Positions 1-11,820 of a stretch of DNA of 64,000 nucleotides are shown here, one piece after another. The position numbers were made by a program, and so were the translations under genes. The notes beneath the pieces were generated by a model, which saw only the letters and a list, made by a program, of their open reading frames with translations, searched no databases and was not told where the DNA came from. This DNA is from Octopus sinensis (taxonomy: Eukaryota): NCBI RefSeq assembly GCF_006345805.1, contig NC_043005.1, positions 33,046,001 through 33,110,000 of the forward strand, written 5' to 3'. Position 1 is the first letter of the stretch. Every line of letters starts with the position of its first letter.

Positions 1-244
1 TCACCACCAGCATTGCTAGAAATAAGAATCAAAGCAACTCTTAGCCACGGGTAGAGCACCATCTATTGACTAACAAGGGAGACAACCTCCCAACATCAAT
101 CGAGAGCGCCAAATCACCGGGGATTTCAGACAGAATTAATCCTCGCCAAGAGTTTAGCTAACTCTCCTTGTCAGTTTATAGAAACTACCATAGGGACCAT
201 TGACTGATTCAGTAAAATGGTAAAGCGATAAATTATAAATTATT

Positions 245-472
245 AAAGTTGCTAGTCGCAATTTAAAACCAAAATGTACAAGTATAATTACAAAAGTGAC
301 TGAGAGTGCAAGTCAGTCAATAGATGGTGCTCTACCCGCGGCAAAGAGTTGTTTTGACTGGGCAATAAAGAAATAGTTATTTCTAGAAATGCTGGTGCTG
401 ACTTGCACTCGTAGTCACTTTAGTGATGATTGTACTTGTACCTTTTGGTTTTAAATGACGACTAACCACTTT
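245..472. mobile_element. Fold-back/MITE-like element with ~70-bp imperfect terminal inverted repeats; its central part recurs inverted at 4-70
   Basis: aaagttgctagtcgcaatttaaaacc...gtgcaagtcag (245-315) is the reverse complement of ctgacttgcac...ggttttaaatgacgactaaccacttt (398-472). 315-399 is the reverse complement of 4-70. Confidence 0.65.
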
Positions 473-487
473 GATAATTTATATATT

Positions 488-743
488 ATTTTATTCTTTT
501 ACTTGTTTCAGTCATTTGACTGCGGCCATGCTGGAGCACCGCCTTCAGTCGAGCAAATTGAACCCACGACTTATTCTTTCTAAGCCTAGTACTTTTTCTA
601 TCGGTCTTTTTTGCCGAACCGCTAAGTTACAGGCACGTAAACACACCAGCATCGGTCGTCAAGTGATGGCGGGCGGTATCACTTGACAACAGATACACAA
701 ACATGCATACATACATAACACACACACACACACACACACACAC

Positions 744-824
<81 letters not shown>

Positions 825-961
825 CACACGACGGTCTTCTTCCAGTTTTCGTCTACTAAATCAACCCTCAACACTTTGGTCTGCCCGAGGCTATAGTAGA
901 AGCACATGCGCAAGGTGTCACGCAGTGGGACTGAACCCGGAAACATGTGGTTGGTAAGCAA
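488..961 (-). mobile_element. tRNA-derived SINE family B (head, CORE-like block, internal microsatellite, LINE-like 3' tail)
   Basis: Minus strand has B-box-like ccgggttcagtccc, internal (TA)/(TG) tract and tail ggcggtgctccagcatggccgcagtcaaatgactgaaacaagtaaaaga. The same sequence recurs many times in the window. Confidence 0.85.
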
Positions 962-1150
962 GAATGTAATAAAGAGAGCAAGAGCACACACGAAGACGGA
1001 AAGTGTTGCTAAGGAAGTCACAGATGTATGACGAAATATTTCCAGACAATGGACATGAGTTCGAATAAGAACAGTAATAAACGAGTGAAGAACGAATATA
1101 TAGTGCGTGTGATTATTTGTCAAAAAAAAAATGAAAGTAACCATCCCGAA

Positions 1151-1195
<45 letters not shown>

Positions 1196-1232
1196 TATAT
1201 ATATATATATTATATATATATATATATATAAC

Positions 1233-1263
<31 letters not shown>

Positions 1264-1287
1264 CATATATATATATATTATATATAT

Positions 1288-1318
<31 letters not shown>

Positions 1319-1319
1319 A

Positions 1320-1445
1320 GAGGGATGACCACTAAGTGGCCCTCCATATGGTAGAAGTCGCCCCCCTATGATCTTACCACTAAGAAAGGAATGTTCTCAA
1401 GGAAATTTAGCAAACGCCAGAACGTAAGCGAGCAAGACAAATGAA
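1320..1445 (+). repeat. Interspersed repeat fragment, same family as the inverted pair at 25776-25988
   Basis: Shares accacta(a/t)gtgg...tcttaccactaagaaa...atgttctcaag and gaacgtaa.cga.caagacaa with 25775-25885. Confidence 0.65.
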
Positions 1446-1458
1446 AAGATACAATATA

Positions 1459-1504
<46 letters not shown>

Positions 1505-2617
1505 GTGTGTGCGCGTGTGCGTGCGTGTGTGTATGTTAATATGTGTAGAAAGAGAGGATATTAGGTGGTCTTGTGTGAAGGAAGCCATATATAAGTGATT
1601 ATAATTAATGATGCTAGAATAGTAGAGTTATCTGTTAGCCAGATTAGCCAGCGAAGGTGAGGTATATGATAAGGAATACTTACTAGTTACAGCAGTTTAG
1701 TATAGTGATCAGTACGATGTGTGTGGGCTGGTAAGAGTTAGCTTAAGTATGGTGAGTTAGGAAGCAACGTAGGTGTAAGGTTGTAAATCATCTAACAACG
1801 ACTTGGTTCTGATGCTATTAAATGCGGCTGGGATGTTTGTGTTTATTGTAAAAATAAGGGATTAATATTTAATTGTAAGTTTAATGAAGGGATTGTATAT
1901 GTTTAGGCATGTGTGCAGATGTCGTAAATAAGTGAAAACAGAGAGATCCTAAATATTGTATCTTTTCAGAGGAGAAGAGTCAAGTTAAAGTCACTAGAGA
2001 ATAATATTTTATTAAACGTCTGCGATATAATTCCAGTTAGAATGGATAGTGAAATTAGAAACTAAAAATTATGCTGATCCGCCGTATAGCGCTACCGGTC
2101 ATCGCCTGGTGACTGGAAAAGCATAAGAGAGTCAGTCTCTCCAATCAGCTCGTAGCGTCGTCTGCATAGCGTCCGTGGCCGAAGAAAAGATAACTACTCC
2201 AAAATGCGAGCATCTGACAGTCTAGGTAGATGGCGCTGCGAGCTGATCTAGGTGTATAGACAACATTTGTCAACAAGGGAAATATATTCTCCGTAACAAA
2301 AAACAGTGAGCAATTTTTTCCCCAGTTCGAACGTGCATCAAGCATATACGGCCTGACAATAACATCACAATTGTCAGGTTTGTTTGTAAGACTATTATTG
2401 CGAACTGACAGAATCGCTAACACGCCTGGCAAAATGCTTGGAGGTATTTCATCTATCTTTACTCTAAATACAACACTAGTTGTAACTTGGTTGCCGGCCA
2501 AGGCTTAGTTAGGGACGCCAAGTTCGCCCTGTGTAACTTGATGCAGGACTCTCACAGACGCAGAGGTCACGCAGGCCAGTGCAGGGCAGGGGTGGAATTA
2601 ATTCCCTGTGCAGTTCA

Positions 2618-2698
<81 letters not shown>

Positions 2699-2859
2699 CT
2701 TAACACCTGTTGCTGTTTTTGTAGCTATTGTTAGTATTAATATCATTGCTATTACTGGAGTTATTGCTTTCATTACCAATCATACTATTAGGCTAGTTGG
2801 TGCGACATGGCCTTGTTCTTCAGCTACTACAGCTTCCGCTTGCGTCATACATATTATTA

Positions 2860-2911
<52 letters not shown>

Positions 2912-3920
2912 GAGTGAGAGAGCATGTGCACAACATAGTCATCTCATATCAAGATAAACAGCTAGAATTTTCTTCAGATCGAGTAGCCCATCCCACTCAA
3001 AAGGTCCCTAAATAAAGGTTGTTTAAGGATGTTGAACGAAACACCCATGTTTCCAGAGGTGAATTATCCAAACCCCAAAGAATTCCTTTCAACACACGGC
3101 TCTGATGCTCCCCCACTACTTCTGCTCGTGATCAGAGATGCACATATTGTCAGCCACTAAGGAACGTGCTCAACTGGTTATGGTCAAACAACTGACAAGC
3201 AAATCTGTGGTATTGAGCAGATTATTTGTTGTAGCCCATCTTTTATACCAAGACAAAACAATGTACATGATAACACTTCCAATCAGTTAAGATCAGAAGC
3301 CATGAGAGCCGCTACCTGTGACTGGATGAGGGCATTTATCCTCCTCCTCCTCCTCCTCCTCCTCCTCCTCCTCATCATCATCATCATCATCATCATCATT
3401 GTGTGAGATAGCAACACATGTCATCAAAGTGATGCTAAGATACACATACACGAAGCCCAATATACCCATCATGACTACCCATCTGATAAGGATATACCAG
3501 GCACATGCGTCATAATCATACCTGCTAGTTCATGATCTAGCAAGTGGAGTCCAGTTAGAATTTTCTTCATGTCGAGTAGCCCATTCTCCTCAAAAGGTCC
3601 CTGAATAAGGGCTGTTTAAGGATGATAAACGAAACATCCATGTTTGCAAGGGTTAATTATTCAAATCCCAAAGAATCCGTCTCAGTACATGTCTATGATG
3701 TTCCCTCACTACTCCTGTTCGTGATCAGAGATGCACACACCGTCAAACACTAAGGGATATGCTTAACTGGTTAAAGTCATGCAACGGACAAACAAATCTG
3801 TGATATTGAGAAGAATATTTACTGTAGCCCATCTTTTACACCAAGCCAAAACATGTACTTCCAATCAGTTAAGATCAGAAGCCATGAGATCCACAGCCCA
3901 GTATTGCATCAGAGCATTGC
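2912..3920 (-). repeat. Two adjacent copies (2912-3338, 3400-3920) of a 450-600 bp non-coding retroposon-like family D
   Basis: Both copies share agaattttcttca.gtcgagtagccca...gtgatcagagatgcac...cttccaatcagttaagatcagaagccatgaga. Each abuts a trinucleotide run at its minus-strand 3' end. A partial third copy lies at 48513-48700. Confidence 0.8.
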
Positions 3921-4470
3921 TACTAGTACTGTTGGATCACATTGTTATGGGGAAGAGTAGTTGAATAGGCGTTGCTCTCATTAGTGTGGTGGGTAGCGTG
4001 CGTTGTCTCCGAAAGTTGAGAATTGAGATGCAGTTGGATTAAGTAATTCTTAAGTTTTAAACAAGCGTGCACACTTAAGTTTTGAACATACACGCGTATA
4101 TACATACATATATACACACACACATTCTACATATTCTATTCTTTAGCATATTGCTCATTCTACATCACAATTACTGCACCATTCTAATTCATCTCTCTAG
4201 ACCAAGGAGGTCCCAGGCATATACATACATTCTGGTTCCGTTGTCTCGAGACGAACCTTAATATTTATACGCATATATCTTTGTATGAGCGTATTTACAG
4301 GTTGAGTCAAACTCGTAAGGAGTCAAACTCTGCCTAGATAATTGCTTCAGCAGAAATATTCCCTTTGGTTTGGTAAATTTCCTTTTTATGTTACTGGACA
4401 ACTATTCATGAATTTGAATTTTTTTTCTATAAAATAATCTCCTTTTAGGGTCGTTGAAAGGGAAATATTT

Positions 4471-4857
4471 ATTCTTTTCTACTCTAGACACAAGGACCGG
4501 GGGGGGGGCAGTTGATTAGATCGACCCCAGTACGCAACTGGTACTTATTTTATCAACCTCGGAAGGGATGAAAGGCAAAGTCGACCTCCGAAGAATTTGA
4601 ACTCAGAACGTAAAGACAGACGAAATACCTATTTCTTTACTACCCACAAGGGGCTAACAGAGGGGACGAACAAGGACAGACAAACGGATTAAGTCGATTA
4701 TATTGACCCGAGTGCGTAACTGGTACTTTATTTATCGACCCCGAAAGGATGAAAGGCAAAGTCGACCTCGGCGGAATTTGAACTCAGAACGTAGCGACAG
4801 ACGAAATAGTGCTAAGCATTTCGCCCGGCGTGCTAACGTTTCTACCAGCTCGCCGAC
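4471..4857 (-). mobile_element. tRNA-derived SINE family A, head-to-tail dimer with a target-site duplication
   Basis: A full monomer (4630-4857, ggcgagctggtagaaacgttagcacgccgggcg...gagttcaaattccgccgaggtcgac) is followed by a head-truncated monomer (4471-4629). Flanks aagggaaatatttatt (4458-4473) and aagggagataattatt (4860-4875). Confidence 0.85.
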
Positions 4858-5961
4858 TTAAGGGAGATAATTATTGAATTAGGATAGGAATTGTTTAGCA
4901 ATGTTAGATTTCAGGTTTAATGAGAAAAAGAGTCTGAAACCAATGATATTCTGATATGTTTTCCTGTTAGTAAATAGCAGGTGATTTGAGAGGTAATAAA
5001 GTTTATCTCTAACGTCTATTTTCTGCAAGTGCGTTATTAGAGGAAGCAGTGACTCTATCAAAGATATCTTTATTTACCCATATATTAGAGATTTTACTAA
5101 CTAATATTTTTGACTATTTTTGAAAGCTATAATAAATTAGTTGCAATATCTGCTAGTTTTGTTTGGTTTTCGTTTCTCTAGTTTTGGTAATATTATTTAC
5201 AGAACATATCTTTATTTACTCCAGATTGTTTGTTACATCTGACTATATGAAGGTTTTTAGAGGTTTTCTTAACGTTGTTGATATCACAGTTTAGTTGTAT
5301 TGGGAGACATTATTGTAATTTCAGATACTTGTCATATCTAAGAGGGCTAAATAAAATTATTGGAGGCGTTTAATTATACATGAAGAGTATTTGGATGTTT
5401 TTATAACGTACTATTAGACGTTAGTGAATTATTGATGTTTAGATAAGGATAAAAGGATTTCCATAACGTTTTATTTATGGCATCTACATTTACACACATA
5501 AACGATGACAACCTGTAGCTTATGTCATTTCATCTTCACGTATTTCAAATAAGCATAAGACTATTCAAACGGCGTTTCCAGATAAAATGTAGCTATTTCA
5601 CAATCCTATCCATAGAAAATTGGAGAAACACAAAACCCCGAATTAAAACGTATTCACCCCACCGACAGTTATATTAAAAATAAGCGCGCGCATTCATGCA
5701 AAAGCACCTGATTGTAATCTCCAAATATTATCGATCATGATAACGAAGTTGCTTAATAATTAAAAACAAATCTCGTAGTGCTAGGACTAGTTAGTTCTAA
5801 TAAGTCTTAGTTTTATGTTTCAATTAATTTTTATTTAATCATTCTTTAAGGTATTAGTTGCTAGAGTCTTTAGAGCATCGCAATAAATGTCTTGCTGGAT
5901 GTTAACGGCTTTTTGCATTCTGAGTTCACATTCCGCAGTTAACTCATCATTTTTTTTCTGC

Positions 5962-6192
5962 TAAAGGTGGCGAGCAGGCAGAATCATTAAGCACGTTGGA
6001 CAATATGCTTAACAACATTTCTTCAGGCTTTTTGAATTCCGAGTTCAAATTCTGTCAAAGTCGACTTTACCTTTCATTCCTTCGGATTCGATAAAACAAA
6101 TAACAGCTGATATATGGAGGTCAATGTAATCGATTAGCCACCCACCTACCTCAAAATTCCTAGCCCTGTGACAACAATTAGAAAGAATTATT
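5962..6192 (+). mobile_element. Diverged SINE family A copy
   Basis: ggtggcgagcaggcagaatcatt...gagttcaaattctgtcaaagtcgactttacctttcatt matches family A. Confidence 0.7.
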
Positions 6193-7421
6193 AATTGCCA
6201 ATTCATTCTATTATTTCGATTTCCAATAAATCGCATTCTCCAATATTTATGTTGGAAATATATTTCTTTTTCAGGTGCTGTGTGATTTCGTTTTATACAT
6301 ATTCCCTAGAAAGATATTCGGAAAAGCATGAAGATAATTCCCCATCACCTAAATATTTATAGTGTTTGCTTTAACAGAACAATGTTATATAAAACAATGT
6401 ATATAAGACCTCCTAATATAGACACCATTTTACTTATATGGCAGTAAAGTTACAATCAACTAGGTTAACCCCCGTCTCCAGTAATTGTCTGGTATTTATT
6501 TTATAGATTATAGAAATTAAATGGATTAGCTGTAAATGTTTCGATGAATAAAACAATCACGTTGTCGTGATTGGAAGATGTCTTTATGAAACAACATTAA
6601 AAGCGGATCAATTCTGTTCGGTAGCGTTGTTCGGGAATATAAGAGTCTATCATAATACAGAAATTGTTATCACTATACAAAATAAATGTATCAATCATAA
6701 TAGATCGAATATGTTCAAGTTGAAAAGCAGATACAATTGTCTTTGTGTACCAGGGCAATGTTAAAAAAATAGCAGTAAATAGCTGTGCTAGGGAAACAAA
6801 AACATAAAATAAATTGTTCATTCATTTAGTACATGGCTTCAATAATCTCCAGGTTCTGGCACTTGTTGAGGAATATTTATATTTACTCAATTTATATACG
6901 TATGTATGTGTGAGAGAAAGAGAAAGAGAGAGAGGGGGAGAAAAAGAGAGAGGGCGAGAAAGATAGATAGATAGAGAGAGGGAGAGAGAGAGAGAGACCG
7001 AGACAGAGAAAGACAAAACAGACAGAGACAGAGATTGAGAAAGAATTGCACTGCCTAGGGCTTCCTTAGTCAAGAGAGATGAATGTGAATGGTGCAGTCA
7101 TTCTGATGAAGAATGAGCAATATGCTAAAGAATAGATATGTAGAATATGTGTGTGTGTGTGTGTGTGTGTTTGTGTGTGCGTGCGTGTATGTGTGCCTGT
7201 ATGTGTGTGCCTGTTTCTGTATACAAACGCACATATATTTACATATATCATGTAATATATAGAGATATTATGTGTGTATGTATATATGTATGTATATGCG
7301 TATGAGTGTGTGAACACACATCTCTCTCTTTCTCTCTCACTTTCTCTCTCGCGCGCGCTTTCTTTCTCTCTATCTTTTTATATATGTATATATATATAAA
7401 CGGCCCACACACAAACACATG

Positions 7422-7453
<32 letters not shown>

Positions 7454-7847
7454 AAGACACACACACACTCACATCATTCTGACCTCCATACAGACGCACA
7501 TATACACACACATGCGCACACACTCGCACCATTCTGGCCTCTAAAGACCAAAACCCCAAATCATTGATGCTTGGAGGAGAGACAAAAAAAACTTCTTTTC
7601 AGTTCCACATTTCTCTTCCTTCCCCCCACCCAAACACACCTACACTGTCCCTTGAAATAAAAAATAGTCTTTTACGATAACATGGTGGACCAGGTCAGTT
7701 TAAAACTACCCTACTACTATAATGTAAACTTTTTAAACTTATAATGTTCTGTGAGTGTATGTATATACAGATACAATACCAATATTCCACTGAACTTTTT
7801 AATAACTATCTTTAACATTTTCTTGAGAATGTATATACATGTTGTAA

Positions 7848-8155
7848 TCTTTTGTGCCCAATATTTTAATGAACTTGTTAAACTTTTTATATGTTCCCAA
7901 GATTTTCCGTTGTACGCTGTTCTTAACATGTTCTTATTATCAAGGAATGTACATGTATATTGTAATATTTTCTGACAACCAGTACCTGGCACAACCAAGC
8001 TTTTGTTCCCAATATTTTGATGAACTTGTTAAACTTTTTTATATTTTCCCAAGATTTTCCCTTGTAAAGTGTTCTTAACATGTTCTTGTTACCAAAGAAT
8101 GTATATATGTATTGTAGTATTTTGTGACAACCAATAATTAACACAACCAAACTTT
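7848..8155. repeat. Tandem duplication of a ~152-bp unit
   Basis: ttttgt.cccaatatttt.atgaacttgttaaacttttt...gttcttaacatgttctt...gacaacca...cacaaccaa occurs twice in succession. Confidence 0.85.
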
Positions 8156-8241
8156 TACATGTTACTTTTGACAATCTTTTTCTAAAAAGTGAAACCGGTA
8201 AAGTAAATAAACATCTTTTAAAATTGCATTTTCAAACCTTC

Positions 8242-8338
<97 letters not shown>

Positions 8339-8399
8339 TGATTGATTGATTGATTGATTCTTGTTTCAGCTTATGAGCTGTGGCCATGCTGGGGCACCG

Positions 8400-11300
8400 C
8401 CATTTGGTGTTGCTACTTGGTTTCACTTCATGGAGGCTTTCTAGCACTGCTATTTGGTGCATGAGAGAGTTCGATGCAGCTGCCCTCATCTGCCCCTCCT
8501 GCCGTGAAGTTGGTTCATCTGGGACACCTGACAGGAAGAGATCCAGCTTCATTTTAAAGACATCTGTATCCACACCATGCAGGTCTCTCAGGTTCTTCGG
8601 GAGGATATTGAAGAGCTGTGGGCCTCGGAAGCCCAGGCTATCACAGAATCTTGTCCTACATCTTGATGGCAGGTTTGGAGTCCTAGGCACCACGCAGTGG
8701 CGCCCAGTTCTGACATTTGCGTAACTCTCGATGCCAAAGTTCAGGACACTTCCCTCCAGGATCTTCCAGATGTATATTATGGCATATCTTTCCCGCCTAC
8801 GCTCCAGGAATATAATTTTAATCTCTTGAGTCTTTCCCAGTAGCTTACATTCTGCATAGAGGCTATCTTCTTTGTGTAGCTTCGTTGGATCGCCTCAAGT
8901 TCTGTGATCAACTTGACACTGGATGGTGACCATAGCTGAGAGCAATAGTCAAAGTGGCTTAGGACAAGTGTCTTCCAGAGGACCATCATGGTTTTTTGTT
9001 CTCTTGTTCTAAAGGTTCTAAGAATCCATCCAGCCAGCCGTCTACATTTCATTGTCAGTTTAGCAACATGTACATGAAAGGTCGCGTCATCACTCATGTG
9101 AATACCCAGGTCACGCACTGATTGTGCCTCTGGGATTGCAATCCCTCCGGGTCCAGTGTATTCATTGGGTATTGCATTCAGTTTTGCATGCTGATAGTAT
9201 AAAGCTTGAAACTTTCAGCATTGAACTGCATGCTATTCTTTTCAGCCCACTTGTATATTTCGTCCAGCTCACATTGCAGGTGTTTAGTGTCCTCAGGGTT
9301 CTGTATTGCCTGTGAAACTTTTGTATCATCTGCATAACTTGTGATCGTGGCTCTCTGCGTGGCTGAGGGCATGTCTGAGAGGGCCATTATGAACAGTAGT
9401 GGTCCCAGAACAGTGCCCTGCGGAACACCGCTCACTATTTGTGTGTTAACGGAGGTGGCCCCATTGGCTACTACCACCTGACTTCTATCCTTCAGAAAGT
9501 CATGAAGCCATTCTCCCAGTTTTCCAACTATGTTGAGATCACGCAGTTTGTGACATATCATTCCATGATCGACTTTATCAAAGGCCTTTGCAAAGTCGAG
9601 ATATATCACTTCCACATTTGAGTGGTTGAGCAGCCGTTTCAGCACCCAGTCATAGTGTTGTAGGAGCTGAGTTAAACAGTTTCTCCCTGGTCGGAAACCA
9701 TGTTGGGTGTCGGGCAGCAAGTCATTCTCTTCAAGGAAGGTGATCAGCTTCCTTCTGACTATTCGTTCCATGACCTTGCTGATGTGTGAGGTCAGAGAGA
9801 TAGGTCTATAATTCTTGGCTTCCGCTCTGCTACCTCCTTTATGAATGGGGCATATTTTACCTTCCTTCAGTTTTCCTGGAAGTTTGCCAGCTGCAAGGAA
9901 GCTCTGAAAGAGGAACTGCAGTGGTCTTGCTAGGACTCTCTTACATGCTTTTAGGAGGATTGCCGGGAATCCATCGGGGCCAGTAGCTGAGTCTGTTTTC
10001 ATTTCATCTATAGCCTTGGTTACATCGTCTTCCTTTATATCGATGTAATCTATCGTCGCCGCCTCTGATTTTATATCTGCAGTGGTAAAAAAGTCAGTTG
10101 GATTGGTGATTTGGAGATGCCCAAGGGGTGGAGTGAAAACACTCTTGAATTGCTCATTCAGTATTTCACTTACCCTCATTGGTTTTCCTGTAAGTGTGCC
10201 ATCCTTTTCGAGGAGTGGCCCTATTCTACAGTGCACTGTAGCTGTTTCTTTGGCATACCTGTAGAAAGCTCTGGGGTTAGATTTTATGTTTTCTATAGCC
10301 CAGGCTTCTTTGTCTGCTCTTTCTTTTTCATGGGAGAGTTGCAGACATTTTTCGATTTCCAACAGTTTTATTTTTAGGCGGGACTTTTCACTGCTTTCAA
10401 TCTGTTTGTTTAGGCGATTTGAAAATTTCGTACGCCGTCTCATTAAAATTTTCCTCTCTCTGGGGATTTTGTTCTTGTGTACAGTGGCCTTTCTCTCTGG
10501 ACACATTTGTAGCATATGGCTTGCATTACAGACATGAATTGTTGAAGTTTCACGTCGATGTCTGGCGAGAGAGACATTTAGGCCAGTTTTGTTTGAGGAT
10601 TCTTTCTCAATTTGTTTCCAGTTGCCTTATGGTAGTTCAAGCTGGAAAGATTTTGAGGGTTTCTTGTAGGCTGCATGTCCGTGCTCTCTTTTGGCCCGTA
10701 CATGGTCAGCTCTATCATGTTGTGATCCGAGAGTAGTGTCGGTGTCACTTTCACATTATGGATGAGATCCATGTCATTTGTGAAGCAGAGATCCAGTGTG
10801 TTACCTGCCCTGGTTGGTTGGAGTATTACCTGCTCCATGTACAGGGTGTTGATGAGGTTCAGGAGGGACCTCGCCTGTCCTCGTTCACATCTTGTCATTC
10901 CTGGGAGAGAAAGGCCCTCGGGCCATCTGACATTGGGCAGATTGAAGTCTCCCATAAGAAGCACACCTATGTGTTGTTCTAATGTGGTTAGAATTTCTTC
11001 TATTTTTATAAGGCAGTCTTCAAACTTGCCCATATGGCTTGGGGCATCTGGAGGGCGATATGTAGCACACACAACTACATCAAGTTGCCTAATATGTACA
11101 ATTAGTGTGTCACACACCGAGTTTGAGTATGACAAGAGGACCTGGGGTGTGAGGTCCTCACGGATGTACATAGCAACACCTCCATGACTCCTTTCTTTCC
11201 TGTCGGTCCGTAGTACAGCATACTGTGGTATGTGTAACTCCGCATCTGCTATGTCCGGTTTCAGGTGCGTTTCTGTAAGTGCTATGCATAAGGCTTGATT

Positions 11301-11416
11301 GCATGCAACAAAGTCTCTCAGGAACGGGATCTTTGTCCTGTTACTGAGTGTTTGCAGTCCTCTGATGTTCAGTAGGAGATCGAGGTGAGGTGTACGTTGT
11401 TGCCGGCGGTGTCCAT
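8400..11416 (-). pseudogene. LINE ORF2 (APE endonuclease + reverse transcriptase), broken by several single-base frameshifts
   Basis: ORFs 10578-11171, 9178-10515, 8777-9118 and 8289-8693 tile one ORF2 in different frames. Putative start atggacacc at 11416. Confidence 0.9.
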
Positions 11417-11419
11417 CCT

Positions 11420-11764
11420 GTGTCTGTTTGCTGTGGTGGTCTGGTATATAGTGGGTAGTCCCACCTGCGGGCTTGGGTTTGATGAAGCCAGGTCAGCTGC
11501 TGTACAATCTTTTGTGCCATGCACAAAAAAGATTGTTGCTCAGCAGCTGCTCTTTCGACAACATCATGTTGGCTGTTTGTGGCGCGCACAACATCTGCGT
11601 ACCTCCGCTTTGGGGCAGGTGGTGCGTGGTTCATCCTTTTCTTTGTGTTGATGGTTTGTCCATCTGCCTCGTGTCTCTGTGGCAGGGTCCCCGATGTGCA
11701 AAGCGGCAGCCTGCACCTTCCTTTCCATGCCAGCAGGAACCTCTCAGGTAGAACATACACACCC

Positions 11765-11769
<5 letters not shown>
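11420..11769 (-). pseudogene. LINE ORF1 C-terminal remnant with a CCCH-type zinc finger
   Basis: CMFYLRGSCWHGKEGAGCRFAH (in ORF 11631-11843) and MAQKIVQQLTWLHQT (in ORF 11341-11760). Both are homologous to 31.4-31.7 kb. Confidence 0.7.

Positions 11770-11820
<51 letters not shown>

Larger units (their letters stand above)
8335..11769 (-). mobile_element. Young CR1-group (CR1/L2/Crack-like) LINE, 5'-truncated within ORF1, with a (AATC)n 3' tail
   Basis: Contains APE endonuclease motifs (LTETH, YRPP, MGDFN, LSDH) and RT motifs (NYRPISLT, QHGFR, YLDFAKAFDKV, GVPQGTVLGP, YADDTK). Tail is gattgattgatt at 8335-8359. (TA)n lies on both sides. Confidence 0.95.

Noticed and set aside
2145-2501. 118-aa ORF ending in RYADD, resembling an RT catalytic motif
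   Set aside because: No other RT motifs precede it, a stop follows within three codons, and part of the ORF overlaps an antisense SINE A head.
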